DNA from: Hyphomicrobiales bacterium
GTDB taxonomy: Bacteria > Pseudomonadota > Alphaproteobacteria > Rhizobiales > JAJFHB01
Reading direction: 5' to 3'
DNA length: 24,457 bases
NCBI GenBank assembly: GCA_021775615.1
Contig: JAJFHL010000333.1
Span: forward strand, 1-24,457
Below the pieces are notes generated by a model, which ran no database searches, was not told the origin of the DNA, and saw only the letters and a list, made by a program, of their open reading frames with translations. Position numbers and translations under genes: made by a program. Below are positions 6,846 through 15,168 of this stretch, piece after piece. The number at the start of each line of letters is the position of its first letter. Position 1 is the first letter of the stretch.

Positions 6846-8279
6846 ATGACCCCGGAAGAATTTCGCACCCACGCCCATGAACTGGTGGACTGGATGGCCG
6901 ATTACATGGCCGGCATCGAGGAGCGCCCGGTGCGCGCCCAGACGGCGCCCGGCGAGATCGCCGCCAAGCTGCCGGCAACCGCGCCCGAAAAGGCCGAAGC
7001 GATGGCGGATATCTTCGCCGATTTCGAACGCGACATCCTTCCCGGCGTCACCAACTGGCAGCATCCCTCGTTCTTCGCCTATTTCCCGGCCAATTCGAGC
7101 CCGCCGTCAGTGCTGGCGGAAATGCTCACGGCCACCCTCGCCGCGCAATGCATGCTGTGGCAGACGTCCCCTGCGGGCACCGAGGTTGAGACCCGCATGA
7201 TGGAATGGCTGCGCGGCATGCTGGACCTGCCGCAGCACTTCCAGGGCGTCATCCAGGACAGCGCGACATCCGCCACTCTCGTGGCGCTCCTCACCGCGCG
7301 CGAACGGGCCACCGGCTGGCGCGCCAACAACGAAGGCCTTGCGGCGCTCGGGGCGCAGGGGCGCAAACTCACCGTCTACGTTTCCGAAGAGGCTCATTCG
7401 TCGATCGAAAAGACCATGAAGGTTGCGGGCTATGGTGCTGAAAACCTGCGCAAAATCCCTGCCGACAGAGAGTTCGCAATGCAGCCCGCCGAGCTCGCCG
7501 CCGCCATTGAAGCCGACATCGCGGCGGGCTTCACCCCGGCCTGCGTCACCGCCTGCATCGGCGGCACCGGCACCGGGGCTATGGATCCGCTGGTTCCGAT
7601 CGGCGAGATCTGCCGCCGGCACAACATCTGGTTCCATGTCGATGCCGCCTGGGCCGGAAGCGCACTCATCCTGCCGGAGTGCCGCCACCTGGTCGACGGC
7701 CTTGAACACGCCGACAGTTTCGTCTTCAACCCGCACAAATGGCTGATGACCAATTTCGACTGCACGGCCTATTTCGTCGCCGACCCGGACGCCCTTGAAC
7801 GCACCTTGTCGCTGGTGCCGGAATATCTGCGCTCGCGTGAAACCGGTCACGTGATCGACTACCAGAACTGGAGCGTGCCTCTCGGCCGCCGCTTCCGTGC
7901 ACTTAAGCTCTGGTTCGTCATCCGCAGCTATGGCGTGGAAGGATTACGGTCCCTGATTCGCAACCACATCGCCCTTGCGGAAGAATTGTTCGAGCAGGTT
8001 TCGGGCGAAGCGGATTTCGACATCCTGTCGCCACTGCGGCTGTCGCTCTTCAGCTTCCGTTATCATCCGGCAGGCATCGAAGACGAAGCGGCACTCGACG
8101 CCCTGAACCTGCGCTTGATCGAAACCCTGAACGATTCGGGGCTGCTTTATCTCACCCAGAACCGGGTGAGAGGCAAATTCGCAATTCGGTTCCAGATTGG
8201 TCAGACGACAACCACGAAACACCACGTGGAGGCCGCCTGGTCCTTTATCCGGGAGACGGCGCACGGCCTGAATGCATAA
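6846..8279 (+). CDS. Group II PLP-dependent aromatic-L-amino-acid decarboxylase (DDC/AADC family)
   Basis: FNPHKWLMTNFDCTAYFV matches the DDC PLP-lysine motif (NPHKW). ~477 aa from ATG 6846, with GAGAGGGA RBS. Divergent from the GFA gene. Confidence 0.85.
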   Translation: MTPEEFRTHAHELVDWMADYMAGIEERPVRAQTAPGEIAAKLPATAPEKAEAMADIFADFERDILPGVTNWQHPSFFAYFPANSSPPSVLAEMLTATLAAQCMLWQTSPAGTEVETRMMEWLRGMLDLPQHFQGVIQDSATSATLVALLTARERATGWRANNEGLAALGAQGRKLTVYVSEEAHSSIEKTMKVAGYGAENLRKIPADREFAMQPAELAAAIEADIAAGFTPACVTACIGGTGTGAMDPLVPIGEICRRHNIWFHVDAAWAGSALILPECRHLVDGLEHADSFVFNPHKWLMTNFDCTAYFVADPDALERTLSLVPEYLRSRETGHVIDYQNWSVPLGRRFRALKLWFVIRSYGVEGLRSLIRNHIALAEELFEQVSGEADFDILSPLRLSLFSFRYHPAGIEDEAALDALNLRLIETLNDSGLLYLTQNRVRGKFAIRFQIGQTTTTKHHVEAAWSFIRETAHGLNA

Positions 8280-8308
8280 TCTGCCCGGCTGCGTCAGCCG
8301 AGATCCGC

Positions 8309-8608
8309 TCAGCTGCAACGCAACAGGTCGTAGTACATCCAGCCCCAGTTGCGCCAGGCGCCGTTGTAGTTGCCGCTGACATAGGCCCAGGGCCGTCCCT
8401 GGGTGTCATTGTCATAATCTTCCGCGTATACGATCCGGCCGTTGCGTAGCCGGTTGATCTTGCGCCCGTTCGGCGTCGCGCGAACATTGACCCCGGAGTC
8501 ATAGGGATCAAAAACCCGGCATTCGTCGGACGCGGCCACACCAGTTGACGCCGATGCCATGATCGGCAGGACAACACACAGGGAGTAAACGGTCTTCGGA
8601 ATTCTCAT
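8309..8608 (-). CDS. Small secreted protein with bacterial SH3 (SH3b)-like domain
   Basis: GGAGG RBS before ATG 8608. Signal peptide MRIPKTVYSLCVVLPIMASA. VNVRATPNGRKINRLRNGRIVY resembles the SH3_3 motif. Confidence 0.5.
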   Translation of the reverse strand: MRIPKTVYSLCVVLPIMASASTGVAASDECRVFDPYDSGVNVRATPNGRKINRLRNGRIVYAEDYDNDTQGRPWAYVSGNYNGAWRNWGWMYYDLLRCS

Positions 8609-8800
8609 TTCCAGCCTCCATGCATAGTTCAGCGGGACCAGCCTAGAGTTGCCCCGTGCCGGGCTCTGTGATTTTCTTCACATTCGCAGCTTCGGTTCGG
8701 GATTTCTCACAACGTCCCGGCCACGGCAGCAAATTTTATCTGGGCAAAGGGCGGTCATCGCGGTCCACTGTCGGCGGCGAACACAAGGGAGCACTCGGCC

Positions 8801-9424
8801 ATGTTCAAACTTTTCGGGCGGGCGGGCACCGCCTCCTTCGCGGTGGAAGCGCTTCTGGAGGAGATGAGCGAGCCGTATGAGCTGGTGAACGTGAAGCAGG
8901 GTAACGGCGCCGATACGCCGGAGGAGTTCCGCGCCCTCAATCCTCTCGGGCAGGTCCCGGTGCTGGTGCTGCCCGATGGGACGGCCATCCCGGAATCCGC
9001 CGCCATCATGATCTATCTCGGCGACCTCAAACCCGATCTCGGCCTCGCCCCTGCCCCATCCGATCCGATGCGCGCGGTCTATCTTCGCTGGATGATTTTC
9101 CTGTCCGCAAAGCTCTACCAGTCTTTCCGCCACATCTATCACGCCGGAAAATACACCACCGCGGCCGACGGTGTTCCAGCCATTCGGGCCGCCGCCGAAG
9201 AAAGCCTCGAAACCGACTGGAAGATTATCGAAGACGCCCTGCAACCCGGCCCCTACCTGCTCGGCGATCGGTTCTCCGCCGTTGACATTTATTGCGGCAT
9301 GTTCCCGGACTGGAGCCGCGACCGAAGTGGGATGCTTGATCGCCATCCGAACATTGCCCGCCTGTGTGAACACGTTCTGACACGACCGGCCGTCGCCCGT
9401 GTGCGGGATGCGCATGTGACCTAA
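8801..9424 (+). CDS. Glutathione S-transferase
   Basis: AAGGGAG RBS before ATG 8801. GST N-terminal thioredoxin-like pattern (…LNPLGQVPVLVLPDG…ESAAIMIYL…) and a C-terminal helical domain. Confidence 0.75.
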   Translation: MFKLFGRAGTASFAVEALLEEMSEPYELVNVKQGNGADTPEEFRALNPLGQVPVLVLPDGTAIPESAAIMIYLGDLKPDLGLAPAPSDPMRAVYLRWMIFLSAKLYQSFRHIYHAGKYTTAADGVPAIRAAAEESLETDWKIIEDALQPGPYLLGDRFSAVDIYCGMFPDWSRDRSGMLDRHPNIARLCEHVLTRPAVARVRDAHVT

Positions 9425-9593
9425 CGCGAGTTCCACAGGAGTTTGTACGCACCAAGTTGCCGTCAAGATACGGGTGATTTGTTCTGCCCCAATCGACACC
9501 GACAACGGAACAACACCAGTTCCGGCCAAGAGCATGATTTGCTTACAAACAAATGGAACAGACAGTTTGCTTGCACGCCAACTCTACCACTTA

Positions 9594-9637
9594 TGCTGCA
9601 ATGCAAGGATTTGCTGCATCGCAGCATCGTTTTTTCT
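9594..9637 (+). terminator. Intrinsic terminator-like hairpin + U-run
   Basis: TGCTGCAATGCA…TGCATCGCAGCA imperfect 11-12 bp stem, followed 4 nt later by TTTTTT. It lies ~170 nt downstream of the GST stop. Confidence 0.45.
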
Positions 9638-9639
9638 AC

Positions 9640-9862
9640 TCATTCTTCCTCGTTTGCTGTATCCTGCTGGCAGGAAAAGGGAAACAAAAACGCGGCAGAT
9701 CGGTTTGTGAAAGCTGACTTCCTGGCCGAAGCAAGTGCAAATTGATCTGGTTTCAGGTCATCGTTCGGTGAGCTGAAGTTTTTTGCTCCCCCGATTCCCC
9801 TAACAACATTGCCACTGAGTATATTGACCGCCCGTCACCCCCTAGCGGGCGGTCCCTTTTTG
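9640..9862 (+). ncRNA. Candidate small RNA: weak hairpin + U6 (9751-9786), single-stranded CU-rich stretch CUCCCCCGAUUCCCCU (9786-9801), then a strong terminator
   Basis: AT-richer convergent intergenic region with no credible ORF. A possible TTGCTT-18-TTATGC promoter lies at 9569-9598. A CU-rich anti-SD-like segment between two hairpins is the usual layout of alphaproteobacterial trans sRNAs. Confidence 0.25.
9827..9862 (+). terminator. Strong rho-independent terminator (GACCGCCCG-11 nt loop-CGGGCGGTC + CCTTTTTG)
   Basis: 9-bp GC stem followed by a U-run on the + strand only. Confidence 0.7.
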
Positions 9863-9881
9863 CGACTTCATGTTTGTGGCC

Positions 9882-11063
9882 TTATGCCAAATCGCGCAAC
9901 TGCCCGATGAATGTGTCGATCTCATCTTCGGTGTTGTAGTAGTGCGGCGATGCACGCATCAGATCCGGCAGATTGCGCGCCGTCGCATCCAGGAGGGTGC
10001 TTGAGGATGACGATGCCGAAATATTGATACCGCGGCTCCGCAAAGTGTCCACCAGATCCCGCGCGGCAATCCGGGCATGGGAAAAGCTGACGATGGCGCA
10101 CTGTTCCGCGCCCAGATCGTGCAGGTCGATATCCGGCATCGCCGCCAGTTCACCACGCAGCCGGCCGGCCAATGCAAGGTTGCGCGCGCGGATGGCATCG
10201 CCGCCAAGGCTCACCGCATAGTCGGCCGCGGCCCCCAGCCCCAGCGTCAGCGCGTAGGGCTTCTCCCAGGTTTCGAAGCGCCGAGCGTCGGACCGCAATT
10301 CATAGGCGTCCAGCGCCACCCACGGGGCGGCAAAGTGATCTATCACCACCGGTTCGATGGTCTGGAGCATCTCCTGGCGCACGTAGAGAAAGCCAGTGCC
10401 TCTCGGGCCGCGCAGGAACTTTCGGCCCGTTGCCGTGAGAAAGTCGCATCCCAGCACACGCACATCCACCGGAAGCTGGCCCACCGCCTGACAGGCATCG
10501 AGCAGATAGGTGATGCCATGCGCCCGCGCCACCCGTCCGATCTCGGCGGCAGGGTTGACGAGCCCGCCATTGGTCGGGATCCAGGTGATCGCGATGAGCC
10601 GGGTGCGCGCGTCGATCATCGCTTCGAGCGCCGCCGGATCGGTGGCGCCATGCGCATCGTCCGGGATCACATCGATCACGCAGCCGGTGCGTTTGGCAAC
10701 CTGCAGAAAGGCCACGTAGTTGGCCGCATACTCGGCCCGGCTGGTGAGGATGCGGTCGCCCTCGGCGAAGGCCAGCGAATAGAAGGCCAGTTGCCAGGCG
10801 GCGGTTGCATTTTCCAGCAGGGCTATCTCGCGGGCGTTGGCCCCGATCAGTCGGGCGATCGAGGCATAGACCGCCTCGCATTCCGCCGCGCGCAAGGCGG
10901 CCGCCTCATAGCCGCCGATTTGGGCCTCAAGATCGAGATGCGCCGCGACCGCATCGATCACCGGCTGCGGCATCAACGCCGCGCCGGCATTGTTGAAATG
11001 AAGCTTATGCGCACAGCCCGGCGTTTCGACGCGTAGAGCCTCTATGTCGAGGGGCTCGCCCAC
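9882..11063 (-). CDS. Class V aminotransferase-fold PLP-dependent enzyme (NifS/SufS/CsdA-like)
   Basis: …TATGRKFLRGPRGTGFLYVR… PLP-lysine region typical of class V. GTG start at 11063 with GAGGTG ~8 nt upstream. 25 nt downstream of the metF stop, so probably co-transcribed. Confidence 0.75.
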   Translation of the reverse strand: MGEPLDIEALRVETPGCAHKLHFNNAGAALMPQPVIDAVAAHLDLEAQIGGYEAAALRAAECEAVYASIARLIGANAREIALLENATAAWQLAFYSLAFAEGDRILTSRAEYAANYVAFLQVAKRTGCVIDVIPDDAHGATDPAALEAMIDARTRLIAITWIPTNGGLVNPAAEIGRVARAHGITYLLDACQAVGQLPVDVRVLGCDFLTATGRKFLRGPRGTGFLYVRQEMLQTIEPVVIDHFAAPWVALDAYELRSDARRFETWEKPYALTLGLGAAADYAVSLGGDAIRARNLALAGRLRGELAAMPDIDLHDLGAEQCAIVSFSHARIAARDLVDTLRSRGINISASSSSSTLLDATARNLPDLMRASPHYYNTEDEIDTFIGQLRDLA

Positions 11064-11088
11064 TCAAACACACCTCGACGCCATATCG

Positions 11089-12000
11089 TCAGGCCGCCCT
11101 TTCTGCATTCGGTGCGCCGAGACCGAGCAGGCGGCACATGGCGTAGACCAGTTCGGCGCGGTTGAGGGTGTAGAAATGAAACTCCGTCACCCCCTGCTCG
11201 CGCAGCGCCGAAACCTGTTCCGCCGCAACCGCCGCCGCCACCAGCTTGCGGGTTTCGGGGTCGTTCTCCAGCCCCTGGAATCGCTCGGCGAACGTGGCCG
11301 GTATGCTGGCGCCGCACTTCTCGGCAAAGCCGACGATCTTTTCGAAATTGCTGACCGGCAGGATCCCCGGGATGATCGGCACGTCGATGCCGCGGGCACG
11401 CACTCGGTCGATGAACCGGAAATAGGCGGTATTGTCGAAGAAGAACTGCGTGATCGCCCGGGTCGCACCGGCGTCGACCTTGGCGGCAAGAACCGCCAGA
11501 TCGGTTTCGAAGTCGGCCGACTCGGGGTGTTTCTCCGGATAGGCCGAAACCGAAACGTCGAACGGACCGGCCTTCTTGATGCCGGCCACGAGCTCCGCCG
11601 TTGTGCCATAGCCATCGGGATGCGGCGCATATCGGCCGCCCACGCCATCGGGTGGATCACCCCTCAGGGCAACGATGTGCCGCACACCGGCATCGCGATA
11701 GGCGCGGATAACCTCGTCGACTTCCTCGCGTGCCGCCGCCACGCACGTCAGATGCGCGGCCGGCTCCAGCCCGGTCTCGGCCAGGATGCGCTTGATGGTG
11801 ACATGGGTGCGTTCGCGGGTGCTGCCGCCCGCGCCATAGGTCACCGACACGAACTGAGGATTGACCGGCTCGAGACGCTTGACGGATCGCCAAAGCGTGC
11901 GTTCCATTTCTTCGGAATTCGGTGGGAAGAACTCAAACGACGCCTTGATCTCGGGCTCGCCGGAGGCTTCCGGCGCAGACCCTGATTCCCGATTGCTCAT
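11089..12000 (-). CDS. metF: 5,10-methylenetetrahydrofolate reductase
   Basis: Strong similarity to MetF along its length (SFEFFPP…VSVTYGAGGS…HLTC…IVALRGDPP…ITQFFFD…IPGILPV…FHFYTLNRAE). The ATG overlaps the sahR stop (ATGA). Confidence 0.9.
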   Translation of the reverse strand: MSNRESGSAPEASGEPEIKASFEFFPPNSEEMERTLWRSVKRLEPVNPQFVSVTYGAGGSTRERTHVTIKRILAETGLEPAAHLTCVAAAREEVDEVIRAYRDAGVRHIVALRGDPPDGVGGRYAPHPDGYGTTAELVAGIKKAGPFDVSVSAYPEKHPESADFETDLAVLAAKVDAGATRAITQFFFDNTAYFRFIDRVRARGIDVPIIPGILPVSNFEKIVGFAEKCGASIPATFAERFQGLENDPETRKLVAAAVAAEQVSALREQGVTEFHFYTLNRAELVYAMCRLLGLGAPNAERAA

Positions 12001-13010
12001 TGTTCAACCACCTTTTCGTGTTCACCGCCGCGCGGCACATCCGCTGCATGACCGGCCTGTGGCGCTTCGGCAAGCCAGACCGAGACCGTAATTCCCGGCT
12101 CCTCGCCGTCGCCCTGGGGCGGCAGCACCTGGTGTCGGCAGCCGGTCAGGCCTGATTTCGACAGCCAGTTCTGCATCTGCTCATCGGCCACTCCCAGTCG
12201 CCGGTGCGCATGGTCCTCACGCAGAAACTCATGTTCGTGCGGTGCAAAGTCGACGACCAGAAGGCGGCCGCCCGGAACCAGCACCCGCGCCGCCTCCTGC
12301 AGCGCCCGCTCCGGGTCATTGAGATAGTGTAGCACCTGATGGATGGTGATCAGATCGACCGAGGCGTTGTCATAAGGCAGATTGAACAGGTCCCCGTGGC
12401 GCACCTGGCAATGGGTCAGACCGCCGCGTTCGAGGTTGGAGCGCGCGATGGCGAGCATCGCATGGCTCATATCGACACCGATACCCTGGTCGAACCGGTC
12501 CGCCAGCAGTTCAAGCACCCGACCGGTTCCGGTGCCGAGATCGAGCAGCGTCCGGACCCTCTCCTCACCGACCGTCGCAACAATTGCCGCTTCGACTTCG
12601 TCTTCAGAAACATGAAGCGAGCGGATCTTGTCCCAGTCGCCCGCGTTGGCCTTGAAGTAGTCGGACGCGGCGGCCTCCCGCGCGCGGCGCACCTCGTCCA
12701 GCCGCCTTAGATCGTGTTGTATTTCGGCGCTGCCCGAAGACGTCATCTCGACAATGGTCCGCGCCAGCGCTCCGGGGACCCCGGCATCTGACAACCGGAA
12801 CAGAACCCAACTGCCCTCGCGATGCCGCTCCAGGAGTCCGGCCTCACACAGCAATTTCAAATGGCGGCTGATGCGCGGCTGGCTCTGGCCGAGGATCTGT
12901 GTCAGCTCCTTTACGTTCAGTTCGCCGTGCGACAACAAAAACAAAAGCCGTAACCGTGTCCGCTCGCCCGCGGCGCGCAGTCCGGTCAGCAACGTCTCCA
13001 GCCCGCTCAT
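11997..13010 (-). CDS. sahR: ArsR-family HTH regulator fused to a SAM-dependent methyltransferase-like domain; SahR-type (SAH-responsive regulator of methionine/one-carbon genes)
   Basis: N-terminal ArsR/SmtB HTH (LRLLFLLSHGELNVKELTQILGQSQPRISRHLKLLCEAGLL). C-terminal class I MTase fold (LLDLGTGTGRVLELLA…VDMS…). Sits immediately upstream of metF with a 4-nt overlap. Confidence 0.7.
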   Translation of the reverse strand: MSGLETLLTGLRAAGERTRLRLLFLLSHGELNVKELTQILGQSQPRISRHLKLLCEAGLLERHREGSWVLFRLSDAGVPGALARTIVEMTSSGSAEIQHDLRRLDEVRRAREAAASDYFKANAGDWDKIRSLHVSEDEVEAAIVATVGEERVRTLLDLGTGTGRVLELLADRFDQGIGVDMSHAMLAIARSNLERGGLTHCQVRHGDLFNLPYDNASVDLITIHQVLHYLNDPERALQEAARVLVPGGRLLVVDFAPHEHEFLREDHAHRRLGVADEQMQNWLSKSGLTGCRHQVLPPQGDGEEPGITVSVWLAEAPQAGHAADVPRGGEHEKVVEQ

Positions 13011-13103
13011 TGCAATTCACCCCGGCAACTTGAACGTGGAGCGAATCGCCTTACATCGATTAAGTGTTGGCACGTGGACATATCTGCGGCCTCAAACGAT
13101 TGC

Positions 13104-13127
13104 TCATATAAAGATATTCTTATATGA
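13104..13127. promoter_or_regulatory. AT-rich palindrome TCATATAA-agatattc-TTATATGA in the sahR/mlaA divergent promoter region, flanked by inverted CAGATAT half-sites (13079-13085 and 13144-13150). Candidate operator.
   Basis: 8-bp perfect arms, located 94-117 bp upstream of the sahR ATG. The region is markedly AT-rich relative to the genome. Confidence 0.35.
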
Positions 13128-13374
13128 TTTACGGAATTTGTCCAGATATCAGCGTTTGTGCCCGCCGAAGCGCGTCATTTTCGCAACGCGTCAACGGAAA
13201 AATAACTCGATACCGGCATAACGCTTTTGCGGGCAGAAAACTGTGGTAAAGTTTTTTAATCGAGTGCAGTTTGTCCGGCCTTGTAAACGACACGGTTGGG
13301 CGACAAAAAGTGGCTCAACAGAAAGTAGCTCAGGCAGATTTGATCTGGTGAAGGTTTTGGGGAGAGATCCTAGG

Positions 13375-14244
13375 ATGGGAGCTGGTCTCATCGATACGGC
13401 CGGGATTCACAAGAACGCCATTGCAAGCACCACGACTTTCGTGTCGCGCCTGCTGGCGGCGCTGTGCATCGCCGTGCTTGTCACCAGTGTCGTCGCCCCG
13501 CAACCGGCTTACGCCGAAGACGACCGCCGAATCATCATTTTGCCGGCAGGGTCCGACGAGGTCGATGCTGGAGATGATTATGAGGAAAGTGGCCTAAGAG
13601 ACCCGTTTGAGGGTGTTAACCGGGTTATGTTTGCGGTCAATGACGCCGTCGACCAGGTTGTGCTGCGGCCCGTCGCACTGGTCTACCGGACAGTTCTCCC
13701 GCGCCCTTTGCGCAAGGGTCTGGCGAACTTTCTCGCCAACGCATCAACACCGGTAACGCTGGCCAACGACATTCTGCAGGGAGACATGAAGCGCGCCGAA
13801 ACCACGGTCGTGCGTTTCTTCCTGAACAGTGTCGCCGGTTTCGGCGGTTTGCATGATGTCGCCGGGGAAGCCGGCTGGGAGCGGCATACGGAAGACTTTG
13901 GGCAGACGCTCGCGGTCTACGGCGTGCCTTCGGGCCCCTACATCGTTGCCCCGCTGCTTGGCCCCGCAACGCCGCGTCATCTGGTCGGCCGCGCCGTCGA
14001 CATCCTGGCCAATCCGTGGACATGGATTCTTGCCGACGTCTCTTTGATCGAGTCGCTGTCGCCCACCATGGCCGAAACCATATCGGCACGCGATGAAGCG
14101 ATTGAAGCGCTGGACGCGACCCGCGAAGGCTCGCCCGACTATTACGTGACCATCAAGAGCCTCTATCATCAAAACCGCGAATCTGAAATCAACAACGGTG
14201 CGATCATCGAGGACGACCTGCCGGATATTCCAGACGTCCGCTGA
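13375..14244 (+). CDS. mlaA: MlaA/VacJ family outer-membrane lipoprotein
   Basis: DPFEGVNRVMFAVNDAVDQVVLRPVALVYR…FLNSVAGFGGLHDVAGEAG…FGQTLAVYGVPSGPYIVAPLLGP matches E. coli MlaA closely. GGGGAGAG RBS before ATG 13375. The ORF-track start at 13243 (GTG) is an extension. Confidence 0.8.
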   Translation: MGAGLIDTAGIHKNAIASTTTFVSRLLAALCIAVLVTSVVAPQPAYAEDDRRIIILPAGSDEVDAGDDYEESGLRDPFEGVNRVMFAVNDAVDQVVLRPVALVYRTVLPRPLRKGLANFLANASTPVTLANDILQGDMKRAETTVVRFFLNSVAGFGGLHDVAGEAGWERHTEDFGQTLAVYGVPSGPYIVAPLLGPATPRHLVGRAVDILANPWTWILADVSLIESLSPTMAETISARDEAIEALDATREGSPDYYVTIKSLYHQNRESEINNGAIIEDDLPDIPDVR

Positions 14245-14260
14245 TCACATCACGAGTTGC

Positions 14261-14290
14261 AAATGCGCGGTATCTGCCGCGCATTTTTTA
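14261..14290 (+). terminator. Rho-independent terminator after mlaA
   Basis: AAATGCGCGG-tatctg-CCGCGCATTT followed by TTTTTT. Confidence 0.7.
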
Positions 14291-14497
14291 GTTAGCGTTG
14301 ACGCGTCATCGAAATTGTCATGTTTTGGCCGTGAACCACGCACTATATGGTGATGCAGGCTGGCGCACAGTTCGTTTGAGCGACGCGATGCCGTCATGTA
14401 TATGTGTTGATCAAATTTGACCGGGCCGATTTGCAGTCGACCCTCCGGACAGCCGCCGCAACACCCACCCCGAAGGCGAGAAACCACAGGTCTGACC

Positions 14498-15124
14498 ATG
14501 GCTCAATCTTCCCATCCGAACTTCATTTCACGCCGGCGCCTTTTGCAGGGCACAGCACTTGTCAGCGCCATCCTCCTTACCCCATTGGCCGCGAGCACCG
14601 AGGCGAGCGCCTCCGCCGCAGCTGAGCAATATGTTTCGTCCGTGGGCAAGAGCATCCTCAGCGTCGCCAGCGGATCCAAGGGACAGATGAGCTCCCAGTT
14701 CCGCTCCCTGATGGCGCGGCACGCCGCGATCAGCGCCATCGGCATCTTCTCTCTGGGCAAATACAAGAGCAAGCTGCCGAACGGACAGCGTTCGGCGTAT
14801 TTCTCCTTGATCGAGAAGTTCGTCGCCGGTCTTTTCATCAAGTATGCGCCGCAGTTCGCCGGCAATCGCATCGAGATTACCGGAAGCAAGGCCCGCAGCG
14901 CCAAGGATATCATCGTTTCGAGCAAGGTCCACTTTGCCAGCGGCAAGGCGCCACTTGACGTGCAGTGGCGGTTGCTCAAGGCCGGCGGCGGCTACAAGAT
15001 TTTCGACGTGCGCGTCCTCGGCATATGGCTGGCGATCCAGCAGCGCACCGAATTCGTCTCCGTGATCAAGCGCAACAATGGAGATGTCGGCGCGCTTCTG
15101 AAGTTCCTGCGCGGCGGCGGCTGA
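14498..15124 (+). CDS. MlaC/Ttg2D-family periplasmic lipid-binding protein with a twin-arginine (Tat) signal
   Basis: SRRRLLQGTALVSAILLTPLAAS Tat motif. The C-terminal pattern DVQWRLLKAGGGYKIFDVRVLGIWLAIQQRTEFVSVIKR…LLKFLR aligns with the MlaC core. Start chosen at ATG 14498. Confidence 0.6.
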   Translation: MAQSSHPNFISRRRLLQGTALVSAILLTPLAASTEASASAAAEQYVSSVGKSILSVASGSKGQMSSQFRSLMARHAAISAIGIFSLGKYKSKLPNGQRSAYFSLIEKFVAGLFIKYAPQFAGNRIEITGSKARSAKDIIVSSKVHFASGKAPLDVQWRLLKAGGGYKIFDVRVLGIWLAIQQRTEFVSVIKRNNGDVGALLKFLRGGG

Positions 15125-15168
15125 CTGCCACCAAGACAGGGGCCGCCGCACCGGCGATCGAATAGCTC

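Noticed and set aside
6077-6880. 267-aa + ORF and 5865..6302 minus ORF
   Set aside because: Overlap the YdcZ and GFA genes in other frames. Low-complexity Arg/Gly/His-rich products.
7107-7850. 247-aa minus ORF inside the decarboxylase gene
   Set aside because: Antisense shadow of a gene with a definitive PLP motif.
8678-9535. 285-aa minus ORF
   Set aside because: Antisense to the GST gene and extending over its promoter. No family features.
9443-9745. 100-aa and 78-aa + ORFs (9443..9745, 9474..9710) in the convergent intergenic region
   Set aside because: TTG/GTG starts without a usable RBS. The reading frames run through a terminator hairpin. Products are Cys/His-rich and low-complexity. 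The region is better explained as non-coding or sRNA.
10077-11036. 319-aa + ORF and several 60-190-aa ORFs inside the aminotransferase gene
   Set aside because: Antisense or off-frame shadows; Arg/Gly/Pro-rich.
11044-11985. 313-aa + ORF antisense to metF
   Set aside because: metF identity on the minus strand is unambiguous.
12339-12710. 123-aa + ORF inside sahR
   Set aside because: Antisense shadow.
13637-14172. 150- and 142-aa minus ORFs inside mlaA
   Set aside because: Antisense, Arg-rich.
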